Positions 13,285 through 20,395 of a stretch of 24,000 nucleotides of DNA are shown here, piece after piece. This stretch comes from Prochlorococcus sp. AG-436-O09 (GTDB lineage: Bacteria > Cyanobacteriota > Cyanobacteriia > PCC-6307 > Cyanobiaceae). Position numbers and translations under genes: made by a program. The stretch lies in contig QCPN01000004.1 in NCBI GenBank assembly GCA_003209775.1, positions 23,059 to 47,058 of the forward strand. Reading direction: 5' to 3'. The first letter of the stretch is position 1; every line of letters starts with the position of its first letter. The notes below the pieces were generated by a model, which worked only from the letters and a program-made list of their open reading frames with translations, did no database searches and was not told where the DNA came from.

Positions 13285-13674
13285 CTAAGTTACTTTTGAA
13301 AAATTTAACCCATCTTCCCGATTGAAGACTGCGCTCCAAATCCCATTACAAACAATCTGAAGCTCAGCCATAAGCTTTTCATTATCTCCTGTATTTATCC
13401 ATTGGGCTTTAATTATTGGGATTCTCTCTTGCATTAATTCCATAGGTATCTGAATCAATAGAAGACTTTGGTCCCCATTACTTCTCCTTAGTCTCCCTGA
13501 TTCACTTTTCTGAAAAACCCTAAGGAGTAAATCTGAAGCAAGGCCCTCTCCGGCAATCCCTGGGTTGCTGCTTGGATCAATAAACTTGCTAATTGACTTC
13601 CCACCTAATGGCATGAACCTTTTGCCTTCTTGGTCAATTAATGCAAGGGCAAGAAGATAGAGATGTTCGCTCAT
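13285..13674 (-). CDS. hypothetical protein, 129 aa
   Basis: ATG-initiated ORF filling the gap between rpsU and the flavoprotein gene on the same strand. No family recognised by eye. Confidence 0.65.
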   Translation of the reverse strand: MSEHLYLLALALIDQEGKRFMPLGGKSISKFIDPSSNPGIAGEGLASDLLLRVFQKSESGRLRRSNGDQSLLLIQIPMELMQERIPIIKAQWINTGDNEKLMAELQIVCNGIWSAVFNREDGLNFSKVT

Positions 13675-13816
13675 CTAGAATCTTTCTTCAATTAAGTTCA
13701 ATTAAAACAATACTTTAAACTTAATGTTTTAAACTTTCTTGCATTAGTAATTAATATACGTGCATCTTTGACCTCAATAAATTTGTCTTTCATTCGTTAA
13801 TTCTGCTGTTGATGAA

Positions 13817-15052
13817 TTATTTTTTGCTACTAGCAATTGCCCGCCCTGCAATCCATCCGCTTGTCCAACAGTGTTGAAAATTAAAACCACCAGTTACTCC
13901 ATCAATATTCAAGACTTCACCCGCAAAATAAAGTCCTTTGCAAACGAGACTCTCCATAGACTTTAAATCAATTTCTTTTAGACTTATACCTCCAGCGGTT
14001 ACGAACTCTTCGCCAAAAGGTCCTTTGCCTATTATTAATTGGTTGTTTTTAGTTAAATAGTTACATAATAAATCTTTCTTCGAATTCGAAAAGTTTGACC
14101 ACTTCGATTTAGAATCAATGCCTAAATTTTCTAAAAAAGCAACCCACAGTCTTCTAGGTAATTGTTTAAAAGGATAGTATTTTTTGATGCTATCACTTGA
14201 ATAATTTGACCTATAAGATTCTAGGAGCTTATTGACTTCATTGTAATCTTTATCTATCCAGTTAATACATAAAGAAGATTTATATTTGTCTAAATTTAGA
14301 TCCCTGGCAGCAAATGAAGATAATTTTAATACAGCAGGCCCACTTAATCCCCAATGTGTAATTAAAACTCTTCCAAATTCTTCGAAATGGTTATCATTAG
14401 ATATTAATCTTAGATTTACTCTGTCAACTGAAATACCAGAACATGATGTTAACCATTGTGCATTAAGCTTAAAAGTGAATAAAGATGGCACTGCATTGAT
14501 TAATTGATGGCCAAGATTCTTGGCTATTCTTTTACCACTTGGTGAACCACCTGTTGCTATTAAAACTCGTTTAGCAAAAAAAAATTTCTTATTTTGACAT
14601 TCTATTTGAAAAGTCTTATCACTAAGCTTTTTAATGGCTTTAACTTTTACTCCTGTTAGACATTGAACTCCTAAAGCTATAGAAGCCTTTTGTAGACATT
14701 TTATGACTTCTTTAGAAGAATTGGACTTAGGAAAAATGCGACCATCTTCTTCGACTTTCAACTCCAAACCTCTTTCCTCAAACCAATGGATTGCATCTCC
14801 AGTAGAGAATCGACTAAAAGCACCTAATAAAGCTTTCTCCCCTCTAGGATAATTGGTAGTCAACTCACGTATATCCAAGCATGCATTCGTAACATTGCAT
14901 CTTCCACCACCGCTAATGCGCACTTTCTCAAGTGTTTTCGCAGTTTCTTCTAAAATAGCAATTGAAGAAGTTCTTTCTTCAGCTGCTGTAATTGCAGACA
15001 TGAAACCTGATGCTCCTCCTCCAACTACGATTAAATCAAATGTTTCTTCCAA
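13817..15052 (-). CDS. HI0933/BaiN-type FAD flavoprotein (NAD(FAD)-utilising dehydrogenase family), 411 aa, TTG start
   Basis: Rossmann motif DLIVVGGGASG lies 5 residues from the start. Family signatures RISGGGRCNVTN and C-terminal GEVLNIDGVTGGFNFQHCWTSG are present. An upstream in-frame TAG at 15062-15064 leaves TTG as the only start ahead of the dinucleotide fold. Confidence 0.9.
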   Translation of the reverse strand: MEETFDLIVVGGGASGFMSAITAAEERTSSIAILEETAKTLEKVRISGGGRCNVTNACLDIRELTTNYPRGEKALLGAFSRFSTGDAIHWFEERGLELKVEEDGRIFPKSNSSKEVIKCLQKASIALGVQCLTGVKVKAIKKLSDKTFQIECQNKKFFFAKRVLIATGGSPSGKRIAKNLGHQLINAVPSLFTFKLNAQWLTSCSGISVDRVNLRLISNDNHFEEFGRVLITHWGLSGPAVLKLSSFAARDLNLDKYKSSLCINWIDKDYNEVNKLLESYRSNYSSDSIKKYYPFKQLPRRLWVAFLENLGIDSKSKWSNFSNSKKDLLCNYLTKNNQLIIGKGPFGEEFVTAGGISLKEIDLKSMESLVCKGLYFAGEVLNIDGVTGGFNFQHCWTSGWIAGRAIASSKK

Positions 15053-15335
15053 TTGGAACCCCTACCTTACTCTCAATTTAAAGATAAATTGTTGTTTGAC
15101 CAAGGTTGCTTAAAAAATTTGACTCATTAAGTTCTTTCCTGGAAGCTTTTGATTGAAAATTCTGAGAGATATACGAAGATCAGCCAATTGCTTTCAAGTA
15201 ATGTCCTTGGGCAAATGCTAGGAATTTAGATACCTTTTAACAAATTAATACCATCTTAAACCTCCCAAATCCCTTTGACCTTAGGTTGACTACTCGTAAG
15301 AAAAGATTCAAACTAAACTCTTCTGAAACTTATTT

Positions 15336-16061
15336 ATGAAATGTGCTTTGGATATTAAAAAAACTACTAAATATCTATTAGTGGCTTTTTTGATTTTCGT
15401 TTTAGTTATTGCTAATAATCTTTTTGATCTGGATTTAATCAATAATTTATTTGGAGACTCTGAAAGTATCTTAACTAATCAATTTATTACTGCAGCCTTG
15501 CTGATATTTCTTTTGCGAAGTGTAAGCATTGTTATACCTATTATACCTGGTACTTATTGCTCTGTAATTGCAGGTTATTTCTATGGAATTAAAGTTGGAA
15601 TGATTTTGATTTTCTTTGCTGATTTCATTTCTTGCTCTTGCTCCTTTTTCTTATCTAGAAAGTTAGGTCGAAATTTTGTTAAACGACTGTTAGGTACAAA
15701 ACAAATGCAAAGAGTTGAAAATATAAGTCAGAGATATTTAGAGCAGAATATCTTCTTAATGACGGGATTTTTAATGACCCAGTTTTTTGACTTTGTTTGT
15801 TATGCAATAGGTCTAACAAAGGTATCTTGGAAGAAATTCATGACTGCTCTTATAATAAGTATTTTAATCTCAGACTTACCCTTTGTCGCAGGTGGTCATA
15901 CACTGAAAGCTCTTAATGGCGTAACTCTTAGAGAGTTGTTAAATGGAGAAGTCCAGGCTCTTAGCGGCCATTACCTAATATTATTTATAATAACTGTTCT
16001 TTCTATATTTGGATTAGGTATATTAAGTCATTTTCTTACCAGAAAATCCATGGATCAGTAA
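15336..16061 (+). CDS. TVP38/TMEM64 (DedA/SNARE-associated) family membrane protein, 241 aa
   Basis: Multi-pass hydrophobic profile. Family-typical segment VIPIIPGTYCSVIAGYFYG followed by FFLSRKLGR. Confidence 0.85.
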   Translation: MKCALDIKKTTKYLLVAFLIFVLVIANNLFDLDLINNLFGDSESILTNQFITAALLIFLLRSVSIVIPIIPGTYCSVIAGYFYGIKVGMILIFFADFISCSCSFFLSRKLGRNFVKRLLGTKQMQRVENISQRYLEQNIFLMTGFLMTQFFDFVCYAIGLTKVSWKKFMTALIISILISDLPFVAGGHTLKALNGVTLRELLNGEVQALSGHYLILFIITVLSIFGLGILSHFLTRKSMDQ

Positions 16062-16093
16062 TTAAGTAGTTAGAAAAACTATTATTTAGAAAA

Positions 16094-16128
16094 CCAAACC
16101 TATTGTGTCTGGACTTAGGCAAGTTTGG
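16094..16128 (-). terminator. possible Rho-independent terminator downstream of the rubredoxin-like ORF
   Basis: On the minus strand, ccaaacttgccta..loop..taggtttgg (5+4 bp with a bulge) is followed by ttttct. Imperfect. Confidence 0.3.
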
Positions 16129-16175
16129 CTTGTGAGTTGGTATCAATAATTCAGTTAGAAATGAATATCTTTACT

Positions 16176-16352
16176 TCACAATGGTTTAAATCGCTTTTTG
16201 GTTGATTTGCAAGTAGGCCATAGCCATTTACTTGGCAGGTCTTCAAATGCTGTGCCAGGTTGAATGCCTTGAGAAGGTTCTCCTTTTAAAGGTTTATAAG
16301 CATAAATGCAATCTTTGCATTGATACTTTCTTCTAGAGAATATAGATGCCAT
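16176..16352 (-). CDS. rubredoxin-fold small protein, 58 aa, with a degenerate metal site (not in the supplied ORF track)
   Basis: Hand translation: MASIFSRRKYQCKDCIYAYKPLKGEPSQGIQPGTAFEDLPSKWLWPTCKSTKKRFKPL. It aligns without gaps to rubredoxin [47 protein letters not shown]. ATG start, TGA stop. Confidence 0.55.
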   Translation of the reverse strand: MASIFSRRKYQCKDCIYAYKPLKGEPSQGIQPGTAFEDLPSKWLWPTCKSTKKRFKPL

Positions 16353-16433
16353 TACTTTATTTGAACTACTTTAAAAATGTCAAAGAAGTGCTTACTTGGC
16401 AATTAAAATCTTTTGTTTAAAAACTTTTATTTT

Positions 16434-17600
16434 CTAAGAGGATTTACGAATTAAGTACTCACTACCAATTAGGAAGATTAGCACTGGTGACCATGCTGAA
16501 ATAATAGGATGCAAAGTTCCTGAAACCCCAAGAGCACTAAATAAGAATGAGACAGTGTAGTAAATGAGGATCAAAATGATACTCATTCCAAATGCGATTG
16601 ACTGGCCACTCCCTCTTGTTTTTGCTTTTCTTATAGCCAATGTGCTTCCTATTATTGAGAAAACCAAGCAAGATAAGGGAACCGTAAATTTTTCCTGAAT
16701 TTTTACCTTTAACCTATTCTCTTCCTTGAGATTGCCCGAGAGATTATATAACTTTAAAGCATTATATGCTTGATTTAAGTTCATATTATTAGAATTAGTT
16801 GGTATTTTTGCAATCATGACGGGACCATACCCAAGATTATAAGAATACTTTAAGAAATTTTCTTTTGATGAGGGCTGACTTTTGTTAAGAGAAAATATAC
16901 TACCATCTCTTAAGAGCCACTGCTCTTGCTCAACTTCCCACTCGCCTTCTTTTGCTAAGATTAATCTATTCTGTTGACCATCACCATACTCAACTAATGT
17001 CAAGTTATGCATTACGTTGTCTTTATATTCTTCTGCATGAAATAAGGCCTCTAAATTCTTTTCACTATCAAACTGACTGTAAATTATATCCTTTTTGTAG
17101 GAAATATCTGAAGATTGTCCTAGGCCTCTTCTGAATACTGAATTGGCTTTTAGATTTGAATTAGGAGCGATATAATTACTAAAGCTAAATGTAATAAATG
17201 ACATTAAGATCCCAATATATATGGCTGGCAAAAGTATTCTTCTACAGCTAATACCTAAGCTAGTTAAAGCTTTTATTTCACTATTATTATAAAGCTTAGA
17301 GAATGCAAGAAGACATCCAAGTAAAGTAGCCATAGGCAAAGCTAAAGTTAGATATCCAGGGAGTTTTAAAAATAATATTTCAATGGCTATTGACCAAGTT
17401 AGATTGGTATTTATAACCATTCTAATTAAGTATAGGAGTTCTCCAAAAGATAGACAAAGAACTATAAATGATGAGACGCTAAATGTTAGTGGAGGTATAA
17501 TTTCCGAAATCAACCATCTGTCAAGTAATGGCATAGCTTTAATGCTTTTCCCTATATATCTCTCGATTAAAGAAAATGCTTTTAATTTATATTTAGTCAT
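16434..17600 (-). CDS. LptF/LptG (YjgP/YjgQ) family permease; the longest ORF is 388 aa, and the family-typical N-terminus suggests a start at the internal ATG 17534
   Basis: MPLLDRWLISEIIPPLTFSV.. matches the LLDRYL-type N-terminus of the family. It has an N-terminal TM bundle, a central soluble domain and C-terminal TM helices. Confidence 0.88.
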   Translation of the reverse strand: MTKYKLKAFSLIERYIGKSIKAMPLLDRWLISEIIPPLTFSVSSFIVLCLSFGELLYLIRMVINTNLTWSIAIEILFLKLPGYLTLALPMATLLGCLLAFSKLYNNSEIKALTSLGISCRRILLPAIYIGILMSFITFSFSNYIAPNSNLKANSVFRRGLGQSSDISYKKDIIYSQFDSEKNLEALFHAEEYKDNVMHNLTLVEYGDGQQNRLILAKEGEWEVEQEQWLLRDGSIFSLNKSQPSSKENFLKYSYNLGYGPVMIAKIPTNSNNMNLNQAYNALKLYNLSGNLKEENRLKVKIQEKFTVPLSCLVFSIIGSTLAIRKAKTRGSGQSIAFGMSIILILIYYTVSFLFSALGVSGTLHPIISAWSPVLIFLIGSEYLIRKSS

Positions 17601-18118
17601 TCTCTTTCTCCATCCATGCAGATGATTGCAGCTTCTTGAATTGGACTTGTATGAAAAGCTAAAATAGCATTAATGAGATGATGCTCTGAGAAAAGAATAT
17701 CTGGGACATGAAATAATTCCTTTGCAGTGTCCTGCATTTTTTTCTGGATATTACTTAACTGACTTTTAATTTCTGATTTGAGGAATAACTTTTCTTTTAC
17801 CCAAACCTGGATCACGGCAAAGAATAACCTCCTACTTTGAGGTGTAGCCCCTAAATATGCCGCTGTCAATCTTTTAAGTGTCAGCAAAGGCTTCTCATCA
17901 CAAACAATATGATCAATCTCATTAAGCGTGAGCTTATTGCTTTGTAGGCAATCCTTCAAAGCTTCAACAGGGAAGTTTGAAACATGTTTTTTGTGTGTAA
18001 AGCTTTCTTCTTGTGCAGCAGTAATTCTTTCACCATCAGTATTTAAAGCTGCTGAAGCATTTCGGTAGTCAAGGGATAGACCAACTATCCTTTTAGGTTT
18101 TAAATTTATGTAGATCAC
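17597..18118 (-). pseudogene. N-terminal remnant (173 codons) of a NodU/CmcH-family carbamoyltransferase
   Basis: IVGLSLDYRNASAALNTDGERITAAQEESFTHKKHVSNFP..IVCDEKPLLTLKRL..QVWVKEKLFLKSEIK..PDILFSEHHLINAILAFHTSPIQEAAIICMDGERE* is collinear with the first ~170 of ~600 residues of carbamoyltransferases (ILGISAFYHDSAAAL..GEIVAAAQEERFTRKKHD..EHHLSHAASAF..EAAVLTLDGVGE). It ends where the family continues. Only a GTG start is available. Confidence 0.7.
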
Positions 18119-18551
18119 TTTTGAAGCGACTAAAACCTAACATGGTGGAATCTAATCACTCTAACTTATGATGATTAATCCTCTCAAGTCTTTTTGATGG
18201 TTGATTTTATTTAAGATTTCTAAACTTCGGGACCCTTAATTCCTGTCAATTTTTGATTTTAATAGTTACTCAAACTACTAGCAAAGAAAAGTCAAAGAAG
18301 GAAATGTACTTAATAGACAAAGATAGAAAGCTAAGTTAATATTCAATTTAGGAATATAACCCTAATTGATTGATTGATTTATGAAAGCAATATTTGGACA
18401 ATTTGCATACTATTTACTCCAATACTCAAGTCAATATTTAAATTTAATATTTTCTAAATCAATACATCCCCAAGAAATTAAAAGCATAGTTGACTCATAA
18501 GTTTGCAATATATTCTACAGCTCTCGTTCATACCCTTCCAATTTAGCTTTG

Positions 18552-18647
18552 TTATTTATATAATAAATGTCCTGTTAAATTTATTGCTATCCACATAAAT
18601 GATGAAATAGAGATCATAAAAAAGATAACTTGATCTATTGCTTTCAT
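18552..18647 (-). CDS. candidate 31-aa single-helix membrane peptide, 22 nt downstream of the PsbF-like gene
   Basis: ATG..TAA ORF encoding MKAIDQVIFFMISISSFMWIAINLTGHLLYK, with a hydrophobic core of about 20 residues. No homology recognised. It could be a chance ORF in AT-rich DNA. Confidence 0.2.
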   Translation of the reverse strand: MKAIDQVIFFMISISSFMWIAINLTGHLLYK

Positions 18648-18669
18648 AAAATTATATCTATCTCACTTT

Positions 18670-18972
18670 CTATGCATTGAATAAGCCTCTCCTAATGAAT
18701 TGCATGGCAAATATTGCACCAAGGAAAAAGACCGTTGGAATACCCAAAGCGTTTACTGCGAGAGTTCTCACGGTAAAAACTGGGTACCCTCCCTTAGGCC
18801 TATTATCTGGAACAATCCCACTGTCTTCCCAGTCTTGATAATTTTCTAATGATGGTGCGCCAGGTAGAACGCCGTCGTTCCATTTAAGTACTCCCCAATA
18901 TGATAGCCAGAAGACTGTTGAGAATGAAGCAATCAGTACGGGAGCCATTACAATTAAAATTTTGATAGCCAT
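18670..18972 (-). CDS. two-helix membrane protein with a C-terminal PsbF (cytochrome b559 beta)-like domain lacking the haem-ligand His, 100 aa
   Basis: ATG start. Residues about 62-96, [34 protein letters not shown], compare with PsbF [34 protein letters not shown]. An additional N-terminal hydrophobic helix is present ([27 protein letters not shown]). Confidence 0.8.
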   Translation of the reverse strand: MAIKILIVMAPVLIASFSTVFWLSYWGVLKWNDGVLPGAPSLENYQDWEDSGIVPDNRPKGGYPVFTVRTLAVNALGIPTVFFLGAIFAMQFIRRGLFNA

Positions 18973-19555
18973 TGTTAGTTCAATTTATATACAATTGCTT
19001 TTAATTCTTATCCCTATAAACTTTTCCTAAGTGTCATTCTTTAGGTTGATTGGTGATAAATGCCACTGGCTGAAGTTAGTTACACTTAACTGTGATTATT
19101 CCTATTTCTATGATGTCATATATTAGTCATTTATATGTATAAAAGCTTCCACTTAATTCGTAATTTTGAAGTTATATTAAAAATCGACGCTTAATATTCT
19201 TTAAGTTAATTGATTTTAGAACATTAATTGCCAATCTTTATTTATCAGTAATTCAGTAAAGTTGAATACCAACTCTATAATGGAAGCAACTACTAGTACC
19301 TGAGATAATTTCTCTTAGAAGAGTTTTCCAGCTATTCCTATGGATATGTGCCGCAATTCGATTCTACGAAAACATGGATAAGAGCTCAAGCTACTAGTAA
19401 TAACTTTCGGAGTCAATGAAGGCCGTTGGGAGACTCTTGATGCTCTTAAAAGAAGGCAGTTATAAAATGCTAAGGACTTATCAATGTTCGACGCCTATGG
19501 AAGTAGGGCTGAGAGCATGCGTAAAACAGAGAGGCAATCTGTTCTTAATACACCT

Positions 19556-19837
19556 TTAAGTGCTTTTAACCCTATTTGCTTTGAGACTCTTTTTTTTTTG
19601 TAGTTTATATCCGAATTCGATTAATTGATGGTATGTCATTCGTGCTTGCTCTTCTTGGAGTGAAAGGATTCTCTCGTCATCCTTCTTTAGATGGAAATTA
19701 CTTCGATCGCTTTTGTCTTTTTCAATAGTGATATGGGATTTGCCTTTCTTTAATTTCCAAGGTTGTTCTTGGTAGTTGCTATCTTCTATGTTCAGTTCCC
19801 AGGGAACTGGCTTTGAGTTTTTATTTTTTAATGGCAA
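19556..19837 (-). CDS. hypothetical basic protein, 93 aa, TTG start only
   Basis: Open frame in an otherwise stop-rich AT-rich region. Lys-rich, no family recognised, no ATG near the 5' end. Confidence 0.35.
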   Translation of the reverse strand: MPLKNKNSKPVPWELNIEDSNYQEQPWKLKKGKSHITIEKDKSDRSNFHLKKDDERILSLQEEQARMTYHQLIEFGYKLQKKKSLKANRVKST

Positions 19838-20113
19838 CTAATAAGCCTTTCAAACTACGTTCAATTTACTTAATCGAGGTCCAAAGATAGGTAATAAATG
19901 GCACTACTGAGTTTTCTCAACATATATTGACTGCTCATTGAGATGGGGAACAGTTCATAATGAATTCTTCTTTTTGTTCAAAACCATTTGCATTTCGTAC
20001 TAAGAGGCTTGTTATAACTGAACTTATAAGATCGCATTGAGCGCAAGTTGGAGTTTATGCAAGAAATTTTTTTATTTTTGTGAAAAGAATATTAGCGAAC
20101 TCTGTCTCTAAAT

Positions 20114-20395
20114 TCAAAGACTTTTCTTAAAACCTTTTTTGGAAAACATATTTTGAAAGTAAAGACGATTAATTGACCTTGAGTCGACACCATTTTGTAT
20201 AAGAAAGCCTGACAGGGCAGCTTGAATCAAACGATATTGGTCCCAGTTGGGATGATCGTCTATGAAGGCTTCCATAGCCTCCTTGATCGAAGGCGGAACT
20301 TCTGCTAAAAAACTGATCAATGAATCTTCAATGCTTGAATCTTTAGCCTCTTCGTTCTTGAGTGCTTCCATCATTTCAGTAGCCTGGTTGTGCAT
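20114..20395 (-). CDS. conserved cyanobacterial small protein (DUF2811-like by recollection), 93 aa
   Basis: ATG start. The segment EVPPSIKEAMEAFIDDHPNWDQYRLIQAALSGFLIQNG matches my memory of the cyanobacteria-restricted HP(D/N)WDQ family. Not verified by search. Confidence 0.65.
   Translation of the reverse strand: MHNQATEMMEALKNEEAKDSSIEDSLISFLAEVPPSIKEAMEAFIDDHPNWDQYRLIQAALSGFLIQNGVDSRSINRLYFQNMFSKKGFKKSL

Noticed and set aside
16354-16383. A perfect TTGACA (minus strand, 16378-16383), an 18-nt spacer and TAAAGT (16354-16359) in front of the rubredoxin-like ORF.
   Set aside because: The geometry would put the transcription start inside the first codons of the ORF (ATG at 16350-16352). 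The -10 match is weak, so no promoter is called.
18365-18379. A short tandem repeat, (ATTG) about 3.75 units.
   Set aside because: It is too short to be meaningful and is ordinary microsatellite noise in an AT-rich spacer.
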